64,000 nucleotides of DNA, from positions 69,427 to 133,426 of IMG/VR virus record IMGVR_UViG_3300044730_001822, one strand, 5' to 3'. The notes under the pieces were generated by a model. That model ran no database searches. It was not told where the DNA came from and saw only the letters and a list, made by a program, of their open reading frames with translations. Below, piece by piece: positions 1 through 8,734 of this stretch. Every line of letters starts with the position of its first letter. Within the stretch, counting starts at the first letter, position 1. The position numbers and the translations under genes are program-made. This stretch comes from a virus.

Positions 1-1
1 T

Positions 2-628
2 AAAAATGCTTGGTCGATTCCTTCCTGTGATTTTTTTACGGTATTGTTGGCCATGTACGTTGCCACCTATGGTCAGCAGGTTACCATAGAATCTTCTTGT
101 GTTGAATGCCAAAACACCAACAATTTGGACATTGACCTTGCTCTGCTGTTGAAGGATCACCCCGATCCCGAATATAAATCTTTGGAATTTGGAGAGTATA
201 CAGTGTATTTCAAACCCCTGTCTTATCAGCAGATCAGCCAAAACGGCACCATTGAACTGCAACAACAAAAAACTTTGTTGGCTTTTAGTGATCCCGAATT
301 ATCTGAAGAAATCAAAACTCAATATCTAAATCGATTGTTACAATCTATCATGAACTCTGTTATGAGTGTCATGACTCAAAGTATTAGCAAGATTGTTTAT
401 CAAAATCACACAGTAGACAATCAACAACACATATCCGAATTTGTTAAAAAATGCGATAGAGAAGTTTTTATCAGCATCAAAGATCATATTTTTGAATACA
501 AAAAAACCACAGAAAATCGATCCATTGATGCAACATGTAAACAGTGCCAGTGTCAGTATCAACATCAGTTTGACATAGACCAAATTAGATTTGTCAACGA
601 TGTCAACAATTTGCAAATCAACAGGTAA
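2..628 (+). CDS. gp26-like baseplate hub protein, paralogue 1 (5'-truncated by window edge)
   Basis: Frame is open from position 2 (KNAWSIPSCDFFTVLLAMYVATYG), aligning with KNAWAVPSVDMDAILIAIKIATYG of the next gene. Both carry two CxxC pairs (here CVEC, CKQC). The track's TTG start at 44 is internal. Confidence 0.7.
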   Translation, partial: KNAWSIPSCDFFTVLLAMYVATYGQQVTIESSCVECQNTNNLDIDLALLLKDHPDPEYKSLEFGEYTVYFKPLSYQQISQNGTIELQQQKTLLAFSDPELSEEIKTQYLNRLLQSIMNSVMSVMTQSISKIVYQNHTVDNQQHISEFVKKCDREVFISIKDHIFEYKKTTENRSIDATCKQCQCQYQHQFDIDQIRFVNDVNNLQINR

Positions 629-633
629 AAGCC

Positions 634-1473
634 ATGAACACAACCAATCCACTAAACAAGTATTTTAGGCAACCAACCATCTACATGAGATTGCCCAGCC
701 AAGGACAGCACTATCCACAGGGATCATTGGAAATGCCTGAAAATTCCGAGCTACCAGTCTATCCCATGACAGTGCGCGACGAAATCATGAATCGCACACC
801 TGATGCACTGTTCAATGGTGACAGTGTGGTAGCATTGATTGAAAGCTGCGTGCCAAATATTAAAAATGCCTGGGCAGTGCCCAGCGTTGACATGGATGCT
901 ATATTGATCGCCATCAAGATTGCCACCTATGGCAAGGATCTTGAAATCACTGGAATGTGCTCACACTGTAAAGAATATTCAGATTATATCATAGACCTCA
1001 ACAAGCAATTGGCACAGTTTGGTCGCAGTGATTATTCGATGCCGTCCAAGATCGGACAATTTACTATTGCATTCAGACCTTTAAGTTACAAAGAGATCAA
1101 CGAAACCAGTCAACAACAGTTTGCTGAGCAAAAAATACTAGATGTCATGCCCGAATCTAATCTAAGCGACAAAGAAAAACTTCAAGAAATAAACAAGCTG
1201 CTGATCAAGATCACTGATGGCTCAGTGATAACATTAAGTAAAAGCATAGAGTCTATCCGAACCGATGAGGTCATTGTCAACGACGAACAGCAGATCAAGG
1301 AGTTTTTAGACAATTGCTCTAGTACAGTGTTCAATGCGATCAAAGATGCTGCCATAGAAAAACGCAGCGCCGGTATGTTAAAACCTTTGAATCTTACCTG
1401 TAATCATTGTAACAAAACCTATCAACAAACTTTGACACTGGATACCTCAAATTTTTTCGGGCCCAGCTCCTAA
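634..1473 (+). CDS. gp26: T4 gp26-like baseplate hub subunit / tail assembly chaperone
   Basis: N-terminal NPLxxYFRQP-IY-LPS-G-Y motif, 'PVYPMTVRDE', two CxxC pairs (CSHC, CNHC), C-terminal ...NFF as in T4-like gp26 proteins. Confidence 0.75.
   Translation: MNTTNPLNKYFRQPTIYMRLPSQGQHYPQGSLEMPENSELPVYPMTVRDEIMNRTPDALFNGDSVVALIESCVPNIKNAWAVPSVDMDAILIAIKIATYGKDLEITGMCSHCKEYSDYIIDLNKQLAQFGRSDYSMPSKIGQFTIAFRPLSYKEINETSQQQFAEQKILDVMPESNLSDKEKLQEINKLLIKITDGSVITLSKSIESIRTDEVIVNDEQQIKEFLDNCSSTVFNAIKDAAIEKRSAGMLKPLNLTCNHCNKTYQQTLTLDTSNFFGPSS
1452..1458 (+). other. candidate -1 ribosomal frameshift heptamer T TTT TTC
   Basis: X XXY YYZ-type heptamer in the gp26 frame (AAT TTT TTC GGG). The -1 frame is open from here (CGG GCC CAG CTC CTA ATA TTG CCT GAA...) to the gp51-like stop at 1688. 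Confidence 0.55.
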
Positions 1474-1475
1474 TA

Positions 1476-1688
1476 TTGCCTGAAGATCAAGTCGACGCAT
1501 TAGTCGAACAGATGGAAAAAGATGTTAATAATATTAGGAGCGAGGTATGGGAAATGTCCTGGCTTAGCCGGGGAGGAATATCCTACGAAGATGCTTTTTA
1601 TCTCAGCGTAACAGATAGAAAAATATTCAATGATATGACCAAACGTCACTTGGATACCACTAAAAAATCTGGACTACCTTACTTTTGA
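1476..1688 (+). CDS. gp51: gp51-like small baseplate hub assembly protein (probably the C-terminal extension of gp26 via frameshift)
   Basis: 70 aa helical protein directly after gp26 (W-MSW-SRGG-SY-DA-YLS--DR); only a TTG start with no SD at the 5' end of the ORF. Confidence 0.6.
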   Translation: MPEDQVDALVEQMEKDVNNIRSEVWEMSWLSRGGISYEDAFYLSVTDRKIFNDMTKRHLDTTKKSGLPYF

Positions 1689-1689
1689 T

Positions 1690-2224
1690 TTTGGTCAATG
1701 TGAGATCAGAATCTGACATTATCTTACACACTTGATTGTCTTAATAGATCACTGCGTGATCTTCAGATTTCGCTTGCGCTCATCTGAATTTTTATACATC
1801 CTAGTTTTACTGTCAAAACCTTTTGTTACTTTAAACTGATTTCCTAGAACCTTGAGTCGTAGTTCACCCTGAGCGGGCGAACTATCGCTTGCCATGATTA
1901 GAGTTTTCCCGTCACCTGGAAGAGCCGTCAGATTAAGAAGATTGTAGTCTGGTACACTACACGGAGGCGGTTGACCGGTACCCCCTACTTCAGCGTTCAT
2001 TTCAACGGTACTGACTGCAGACCCATCTGACGAATCTACTGCCAGCGCAGGTTGTTGCTTTTTCACAGTGCCTGCATCTTTTGTGCTACATTTTTCGCTC
2101 TAGGAGCATGGATATGTGCTAACTCATCTATTGCGAGCGACTCTCCACACCCAGGGCCCTGAGGGTCCATCTTGGAGACTGGCATTCCAGCAGCCAGCGC
2201 AGGTCTTGTTGTAGGGTTCTGTAG
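1690..2224. ncRNA. hairpin-rich intergenic element (candidate structured RNA or origin/terminator region)
   Basis: Several perfect 6-7 bp inverted repeats (1746-1762, 1762-1788, 1860-1884, 1943-1961, 2095-2140, 2142-2178) and a 12-bp direct repeat GCCAGCGCAGGT (2041-2052, 2193-2204), lying between convergent genes. Confidence 0.35.
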
Positions 2225-2734
2225 TTAGGCAGCGCAATACTGCCGGACTAGATCAGCGTTTGTTTCCCAGAACTGATCGTAATCCATGATATACCAATGA
2301 TCGTGTTTGATGGAGCCGTAGTTGAATTGTCTAGATAGGAGATGGTCTCTGTGAGCCTGAGTTGCGATGTATTTGCCTTTACGATTGAATTTCATGATCA
2401 ATATGTTGTAGTCACCGGGATCGGCAACGTCCATCAGTTGATCAAGCCACGTTTCTAAAACAGCAACCTGCCCTTGGAACAGTTGATGGAATGGAAAGTC
2501 TGCATACGACTTGCATTCACAATTGAATCGCGGAAAACTCTGCCCGGGTATGATGTCGCCTTTGAAAGCGCGGATCTGACCTTCGTGTAGTGTTTGTTTG
2601 CGATGTGTGTTCTTGCCACCAATGTATGCGCCTGAATTGGGCACACGGGTAAAAGTTTCTCCATAGAGTTCAGTTAGGTGCAGTGCTACTGCTCGTTCCC
2701 AACTGGATCCTTTGGATTTACTTTTTGATGGCAT
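2225..2734 (-). CDS. Holliday junction resolvase (PD-(D/E)xK, Hjc-like)
   Basis: MPSKSKSKGSSWER...RVPNSGA...GDII...ECK motifs. Start reassigned to ATG 2734 because the track's 2878 start overlaps gp46. Confidence 0.75.
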   Translation of the reverse strand: MPSKSKSKGSSWERAVALHLTELYGETFTRVPNSGAYIGGKNTHRKQTLHEGQIRAFKGDIIPGQSFPRFNCECKSYADFPFHQLFQGQVAVLETWLDQLMDVADPGDYNILIMKFNRKGKYIATQAHRDHLLSRQFNYGSIKHDHWYIMDYDQFWETNADLVRQYCAA

Positions 2735-2772
2735 AGGCAGATAGTTAGCTGAGTCTAGAGTCTGTTCAAAAT

Positions 2773-4536
2773 TTAATTGGTCACGTCTGTGGCATAGGAA
2801 GTAAAGCCACCTTCTTTGACCACTTTCAAGATGTTTTCCACACGTCCGGCCAGTTCGTCTTTGTGCGACACCAACCAAACACTTTTGTTGCGCTCTCTGG
2901 TCATTTTCTTCAGCAGGGCCAGTGCATTTTCCACACCTGATGAATCCATACCAGAATCTATCAGTTCGTCAATGAACAACACATTCACCGGCGAGTATAA
3001 ACTTTCCCACACATCACGAAACGCCCAGGACAGACTCAGTATCAAGCGGTTGCGCTCACCGCGCGAAAGATTGTCAAAGTCCAGGTCCCGGCCCAGTTCT
3101 GTGATCTGTACAGTTAGATCGTTTTGGAATACCACTGTGTGCGGCAAACCTATGCGATCTAGATAGTGCGTGAGCCTGCTGTTGAGATATGAAAGATTCT
3201 GATCAATGATCTTTTTGCGCACAAACGAATCTTTGCTGGTCAGCAGTTTCAACAAGAAGTCCTGATGATCCTGCAGTCGTTTCAGTTGATTGACCATATC
3301 ATAGTCAATTTCAACCAAGGCCTGCTGCTGCATTTCTTCAATCTGTTCTGCATAAGGATCAGTCTCGGCCTGTTTGTTTTTCAAGTTCAGTTCAGCACTG
3401 GCCAGTCTACTGCGATGCTCGTGCGCATCTGCTTCTTGATCATAATACACCTTGGGCTGTGTGCCCAGCGGACCTACCGCTGTAACTGCCAGGGATAACT
3501 CTGCAAGATCTTGATTGATCTTTTGTAAGTTTGCTTGTGACTGTGATAGATCCTGCTGTTTGCTGGTCAGCATCTTGCCGTGATCGTCGTCGTGTAGATC
3601 CTGACCGCAGGCATGACAGCGATGATCCTGTAGGCTGGCTATTTCTTTGGTGATCTTGTCTATCAATCGAGATTCGCGACCGGCGTCGGTTTGCCCACGG
3701 GCAATGGCAGCACCAAGATCTTTGAGATCTTTGGCACGCTGATTGTAGGCCAATAGATCACGATGCGCCTGCAGTTCGGCTTCTATGTCTAGATGGCCGA
3801 GTTCATCCACTTGACGTTGCAGTGCAGTGATATCTTCGTCGCGTTTGTTGATCCAAAGAGTTTGCCTGCGTTTCAAACTTTCTATCTGTTCTTCCATGCG
3901 GCGATTGGCTTCGATCATGGCCTTGATGCGATGCTCTTCTTGGCTCATGGCGTCTTTGGTTTCACGCATTTCTTCCTTGAGCAGATCGGCTTTTTCGCTC
4001 AGCAAGGTGATGCCCAACAGCTGTTCAATGATGGCACGCTGATCATTGGCCTTGAGGCTGAGGAACGGTTCGGTGTAGGTGTTCAGTGCCAAGATGTGCT
4101 TGAACATATCGTGGGTCATGCCCAGGGTGCGTTCTATGGCCAACTGTGTTTCTCTAGAGTCACCTTGGCTGTTGTCGTCTTCGGTTTGCTGTACTTCGTC
4201 GTCAATGCTGAATTTAAGTACATTGGGCTTGCGTCCACGCTCGATACGATAGCGCTGACTGTTCACATTGAAATCCAAACTCACGATCATGTTCTTGGCA
4301 TTGGTCTTGTTTATGAGATTGTCTTTGCGTATGTTGGTCAGGGCCTGTCCATACAAGGCATAACTCAAGGCATTGATTATGGTGGTTTTGCCGGTGCCGT
4401 TGCGCGAACCATCGCCACCAAGGTCTAGATTTTCGCCCAGGACCAAGGTTAGATCTTGGCGATCAAAGTCAATGCCTTGTGTGGTATTGCCCACACTCAT
4501 GAAATTTTTCACAGTGAGTTTGTTGATGCGTATCAT
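2773..4536 (-). CDS. gp46: recombination endonuclease ATPase subunit (T4 gp46 / SbcC / Rad50)
   Basis: KNFMSVGN, Walker A NGTGKTT, coiled coil with zinc hook CHAC, signature LSRGE, Walker B LFIDE, SHK. Confidence 0.95.
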   Translation of the reverse strand: MIRINKLTVKNFMSVGNTTQGIDFDRQDLTLVLGENLDLGGDGSRNGTGKTTIINALSYALYGQALTNIRKDNLINKTNAKNMIVSLDFNVNSQRYRIERGRKPNVLKFSIDDEVQQTEDDNSQGDSRETQLAIERTLGMTHDMFKHILALNTYTEPFLSLKANDQRAIIEQLLGITLLSEKADLLKEEMRETKDAMSQEEHRIKAMIEANRRMEEQIESLKRRQTLWINKRDEDITALQRQVDELGHLDIEAELQAHRDLLAYNQRAKDLKDLGAAIARGQTDAGRESRLIDKITKEIASLQDHRCHACGQDLHDDDHGKMLTSKQQDLSQSQANLQKINQDLAELSLAVTAVGPLGTQPKVYYDQEADAHEHRSRLASAELNLKNKQAETDPYAEQIEEMQQQALVEIDYDMVNQLKRLQDHQDFLLKLLTSKDSFVRKKIIDQNLSYLNSRLTHYLDRIGLPHTVVFQNDLTVQITELGRDLDFDNLSRGERNRLILSLSWAFRDVWESLYSPVNVLFIDELIDSGMDSSGVENALALLKKMTRERNKSVWLVSHKDELAGRVENILKVVKEGGFTSYATDVTN

Positions 4537-5549
4537 AGTCTATGCCATATTTCCAACAGCAGCTTGTTGTCGTAGTGATCGCTGCCAATGTCTGTGATCT
4601 GCTGTGTGACGATCTGATCCACGGATTCAAATTTCACATTGCCTGGTGCTAGATCAGTTTCAACACCTTGCATCTTGTTGGGTATTAAACTGACTTCTCT
4701 GAGTTTGTATTTTTCGTGGAACGTTTCTTTGATAAAGTTGGCTTCTTCGTAGGATATGTCTATGTCCAACTGCAGTCTAGCGTGCATACCTGAGCGGAAA
4801 ACTCGATCCGCAGAATCTATAGCAGTGCTGAGATTCATCACACGATAAGTGGGCTGGTCGGGCCAGGCATGATACACAGGTTCTTGTCCCCACTCCAAGA
4901 TCATGAGTCCACGAGCATCATCCCCGGCATCTGCATAGTTGTGCGGGAAACAGTTGCCTATGTAGGTCACATTCCTTTTGGTCTGACGCATATGGAAGTG
5001 TCCAGAAAACACATGACCTGCACTGGCTAGATCATCTGCAGACAGTTCACCGTGGCTGGGCATTTCTACCATGGCGTTCATAAGGAATGTGGGCAGTTCA
5101 AAGTGCCCAAACACATACTGCTTGTCTAGGAAACGAAGCTTTTTATGATCCTCGCCAACGAGCCAAGGACAGATAGCAACATCACTGCCACTAAACCAAT
5201 CGTTGACAATATTAACTCGCGGTAAGTGTCTAGCCCAAGCCACGCTTTGAATATCACGACGATCGCGATAGTACAGGTCATGATTCCCAGGAATAAAATA
5301 AACAGCATCAAAGTTGTCATTGAGATGTTCTAAGGCTCGTAAACTATAATTTAGTGTCACGATGTTGATGTTGGCACGATTGTTGTGCCAGTCTCCCAGG
5401 AACATGGCCACATCGCAACCTTGTCGTTTGGCCTCGGCAGTGGCCCAGATTACGAAATTCAAACAGTCTTCATTGTGCAGTTGGCTGTTGGACTTGAGTC
5501 CAAAGTGGATGTCCGTAAAGACAGCAGCCTTCTTGAAAAGTTTATCCAT
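4533..5549 (-). CDS. gp47: recombination endonuclease nuclease subunit (T4 gp47 / SbcD / Mre11)
   Basis: Metallophosphoesterase motifs DIHFG, GDW, GNHD, GHFE, SGHFH; adjacent to gp46. Confidence 0.95.
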   Translation of the reverse strand: MDKLFKKAAVFTDIHFGLKSNSQLHNEDCLNFVIWATAEAKRQGCDVAMFLGDWHNNRANINIVTLNYSLRALEHLNDNFDAVYFIPGNHDLYYRDRRDIQSVAWARHLPRVNIVNDWFSGSDVAICPWLVGEDHKKLRFLDKQYVFGHFELPTFLMNAMVEMPSHGELSADDLASAGHVFSGHFHMRQTKRNVTYIGNCFPHNYADAGDDARGLMILEWGQEPVYHAWPDQPTYRVMNLSTAIDSADRVFRSGMHARLQLDIDISYEEANFIKETFHEKYKLREVSLIPNKMQGVETDLAPGNVKFESVDQIVTQQITDIGSDHYDNKLLLEIWHRL

Positions 5550-5567
5550 AGAGTGCTAGTGTAGCAG

Positions 5568-6437
5568 TTATTCTTCGTATTTCACAGTCTGATTGGACAT
5601 TTGTCTTGTCCAACTGGGATTGAGTCCATTGATTTCCAATATGTCATCTCTGATGTTTTGATTTTTCTTTTCTTCGTTGAGCACACGAGTAAAGGAATTG
5701 GTTATGGCTGCTGTGTAGTAAGCAAAAGGATTGTCTGATTTTGATTCATCAAATTTCAATCCAATCTGGCTCAATTGCAGCAGTGCGGTGCCGCGCATTT
5801 CTTCGTTGTAGGTATAACCACGCCAGTTTGATCGGGTGGCATAGCGCTCGCACAGTTTGATAAACATATGTGCCAGTTTGTTGGTCATCTTGCCGTGTTC
5901 TTTGCAAAACACTCCGGTGTCAAGATCTCCGGACCAGTGGCTGCGACCCACGATGTAAGGATCTTTGTCATCCGTGAGCCGGAAGTGTTCAAACGGCGGA
6001 AAGTTCAATCTGATATGTGTCTGTGCCACGGGTTCTTCTTCGGGCACGATATCAACTATTTCGGCCAAGGGATCTTCCTCGGGCAGTTCTTCCCAACCAA
6101 ACAGTTCTTCCACAGATTTCTTCTTGGCCTGGGCCTTGGGCACTTTTTTAGGAGCCATGGGAATATGCTCCCAGGTCATGATGCGAAATACCAAATCCGT
6201 GTGCGGAACTTTCTTTTCGGCCAGCTCCTCACCGGTTTCTCGGCGTATGCGATCTATGCGATTACGGCGTGCCTGCGCTATGGTATTGCGATTGATCTTG
6301 GCAACACTGGCCAAGATGATGTCATACTGATGATCCAGTGTTCTGTCAGCATAGTAGCAGTAGGTGTTTTTGCTAAGGTGTATTTCTTTCAGTAAATCTC
6401 GGTTGTTTAGATAGTTTCTGGGTGCGGCCAATGCCAT
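5568..6437 (-). CDS. gp55: late-transcription sigma factor (T4 gp55-like)
   Basis: NYLNN-DLL at the N-terminus; C-terminal NWRGYTY-EEM...FD--KS-NPFAYYT...F-R----EKK region typical of gp55; synteny with gp47/gp46. ATG 6437 follows an AAGGA SD. Confidence 0.8.
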   Translation of the reverse strand: MALAAPRNYLNNRDLLKEIHLSKNTYCYYADRTLDHQYDIILASVAKINRNTIAQARRNRIDRIRRETGEELAEKKVPHTDLVFRIMTWEHIPMAPKKVPKAQAKKKSVEELFGWEELPEEDPLAEIVDIVPEEEPVAQTHIRLNFPPFEHFRLTDDKDPYIVGRSHWSGDLDTGVFCKEHGKMTNKLAHMFIKLCERYATRSNWRGYTYNEEMRGTALLQLSQIGLKFDESKSDNPFAYYTAAITNSFTRVLNEEKKNQNIRDDILEINGLNPSWTRQMSNQTVKYEE

Positions 6438-6457
6438 GGTCAATCCTTGTTAGAATG

Positions 6458-6490
6458 TATTTATTTTACAACAAATTGTCATTGTGTCAA
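6458..6490 (-). promoter_or_regulatory. sigma70-type promoter (TTGACA-16-TAAAAT) plus overlapping TAAATA upstream of gp55
   Basis: Minus strand reads TTGACAcaatgacaatttgttgTAAAATAAATA. Confidence 0.55.
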
Positions 6491-6527
6491 CCGTTAATAA
6501 CTCCAAAATCGCCGTTTTTACGGGTGC

Positions 6528-6533
6528 TAAATA
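6528..6533 (+). promoter_or_regulatory. late promoter core TAAATA for the baseplate operon
   Basis: TAAATA followed by an AGGA SD and ATG 6552. The same hexamer recurs upstream of many late genes (T4 late consensus TATAAATA). Confidence 0.6.
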
Positions 6534-6551
6534 TAGACACAGGATATACCA

Positions 6552-8432
6552 ATGGCCACGCCCGCAGACAATCAAAAACAAATTGACAGCCTAGAAGCGC
6601 AGATCCAGCAGATACGCAACACCAAGTATCCTAACGATCCCTTTGGGGCAAAAAACGATCCTGAGATACGAGGACTGCGAGCACAACAATCTACCCTTAA
6701 AACTCAGAATGCAGTTACAGCTCCCAACAATACTGCCACAGATGCCTATGAAGGTGTTGATAGAAACAGCGGACAAGGTGTGTATGTAAACTCACAAACC
6801 GGAGAAAGATACATCGGCCCTGTGAAAGAAACACCGCAAAGCCAGGTTACTACCCAGGTCAATGCCGAAAACATAGCAGAGGCCACATCCAAAGGTCCTG
6901 TGGGATCAGTGACCAATACCACGGTGCCAGGCACAGGCCCAAATGATACCTTAAGTCAGATCAACACCCAATCTAATCAAACTGCCCAGCCTAGTGTATC
7001 TCAAGGCGCACCTGCTGGCACAGATACTCCCGTCAATGCATCAACAGATCCTACACTGTCTGCACAACAATCTCTAGGCGACACCGGTACTCCTACACAA
7101 ACGCTGGAAAGCAATTTTGCAGTCAATGACACCGGAGGTGTGCCCGCACAAAGTTTGGCCAACATCGATGGTGACACCGGCTTCGTACCTCAGTTCACCG
7201 GCCCACCGTCGCCGCCTCCGGGTGCTGATCCCCAGACCAATGACTTTGTATTTGATCCCATCTCTGGAGAACTGTTGCCAAGCGATTCAGCAGCAGCCGA
7301 ACGGGTACGATCCCAGCCTCAAGAAGTTGATGATTTTGAATTTGAACAACAGCAGGCCGAACGAACAGCCAGAGAAGAAGCCGAAGCATTCCAGCGCGGA
7401 CAAACACCACCGCCGGCTGACTTTCCTTATGATACCGCAGTACAAGGCAGAGAACTGACCGACGAAGAAATACAAAATGCAGATAATCCCGATGATTCAG
7501 AACAAGAAATTGTAGTAGGCCCAGATGGTAGCCTTACTACCGTGACAACGAGTCGTGCCGAGGCTCAGGCCCAAGCAGAAACTCTAAGGCAAGCTCAGGC
7601 CTTGCAAGAACTGCGAGCAAAAAATACCAACGAAGATTGGCGCTTGCGTATAGGATTGGCACCATCTGCTACCTATCTCTATAAAGCCGATTCTCCGGGC
7701 ATACTAGCTCCTCTGAGATCAACACAAGGCGTGGTGTTTCCCTATACTCCACAGATCAGTACCAGTTATCGCGCCAACTACGATGCCTATGAATTGGTAC
7801 ATACCAACTACAAAGGATACTTTTATAAAAATTCCACTGTGGAAGAAATACAGATTTCGGGCATCTTCACCGCCAACAGTGCCAGCGAAGCTGACTATGT
7901 GTTGGCAGTGATTCATTTTTTCCGCAGCGCCAGCAAAATGTTCTATGGTCAAGACACTGAACCAACAGCCGGTACTCCACCTCCTGTGCTGTTTATGGAT
8001 GGACTAGGCGTGTATCAATTCAATGAACATCCTTGCTTGCTTTCTAGTTTTACTTACAGTCTTCCTTCGGATGTGGACTATATCCGCGCAGGTGGCGCAA
8101 GAAACTATTCCGGCGGCGAAGTCAACTTATCAGGTATTAGAAATCAACAGGGTGCCGCCAGTAACAGCCCTCTGGGCAGTGTGCTGGGCAGACTCAGCAC
8201 ACTGAAAAATACCTTTGATAACGTGATCAATCGTGGTGCTAAATCAACCAACCCCCAGGCCAGGAATATAACTAATTTTTATGGCATAGCCGGACAGCCC
8301 ACTTATGTGCCAACCAAGATACAGATACAGATTAGTTTATTACCGTTGATCAGCAGGCAACAACAGGCTCAACAATTTAGTCTGCAAAACTATGCCACTG
8401 GCCAAGGTTTAAGAGAAAAAGGATTTTATTGA
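6552..8432 (+). CDS. baseplate / tail-tube initiator-like structural protein with long disordered N-terminal half
   Basis: C-terminal folded domain (DWRLRI...VFPYTPQI...PPPVL...G-YQF--HP...F-Y-LP-DVDY) of the type found just upstream of gp53 in contractile-tail systems; N-terminal ~350 aa rich in T/Q/P/D. Confidence 0.55.
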   Translation: MATPADNQKQIDSLEAQIQQIRNTKYPNDPFGAKNDPEIRGLRAQQSTLKTQNAVTAPNNTATDAYEGVDRNSGQGVYVNSQTGERYIGPVKETPQSQVTTQVNAENIAEATSKGPVGSVTNTTVPGTGPNDTLSQINTQSNQTAQPSVSQGAPAGTDTPVNASTDPTLSAQQSLGDTGTPTQTLESNFAVNDTGGVPAQSLANIDGDTGFVPQFTGPPSPPPGADPQTNDFVFDPISGELLPSDSAAAERVRSQPQEVDDFEFEQQQAERTAREEAEAFQRGQTPPPADFPYDTAVQGRELTDEEIQNADNPDDSEQEIVVGPDGSLTTVTTSRAEAQAQAETLRQAQALQELRAKNTNEDWRLRIGLAPSATYLYKADSPGILAPLRSTQGVVFPYTPQISTSYRANYDAYELVHTNYKGYFYKNSTVEEIQISGIFTANSASEADYVLAVIHFFRSASKMFYGQDTEPTAGTPPPVLFMDGLGVYQFNEHPCLLSSFTYSLPSDVDYIRAGGARNYSGGEVNLSGIRNQQGAASNSPLGSVLGRLSTLKNTFDNVINRGAKSTNPQARNITNFYGIAGQPTYVPTKIQIQISLLPLISRQQQAQQFSLQNYATGQGLREKGFY

Positions 8433-8731
8433 TGCCAATCTATGACGCCACCAGTCCTTATTATACCACATCCATAGTCGACAACTATCTGGATGTCATG
8501 ATCAACAGACCCATACCCAAAAGCGTAGATGACGAGTATGTCACTATCTCTGCTGTGTATAATCTCAGACCCGATCTCATGGCCTATGACCTTTACGGTG
8601 ATCCTAGATTGTGGTGGGTGTTTGCTCAGCGCAATCCCAATACACTGGTAGACCCTATCAATGATTTTGTCACAGGCAAAAAAATCTATCTGCCCGGGGG
8701 CAACAATATCAAAACAGCACTGGGACTGTAA
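8432..8731 (+). CDS. gp53: baseplate wedge protein gp53-like (LysM-like)
   Basis: RPDLMAYDLYGDPRLWWVFA-RN...G-KIYLP signature. Confidence 0.85.
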   Translation: MPIYDATSPYYTTSIVDNYLDVMINRPIPKSVDDEYVTISAVYNLRPDLMAYDLYGDPRLWWVFAQRNPNTLVDPINDFVTGKKIYLPGGNNIKTALGL

Positions 8732-8734
8732 CAC

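Noticed and set aside
1749-2066. 105-aa minus-strand ORF
   Set aside because: GTG start without SD, no recognisable motif, and it overlies the hairpin-rich element; probably incidental, though not excluded.
2735-2878. Track's N-terminal extensions (resolvase here; also ORFs starting at 13100, 55731, 58976 and 60801)
   Set aside because: They overlap neighbouring real genes; downstream ATGs with an SD, promoter or family-typical N-terminus fit better.
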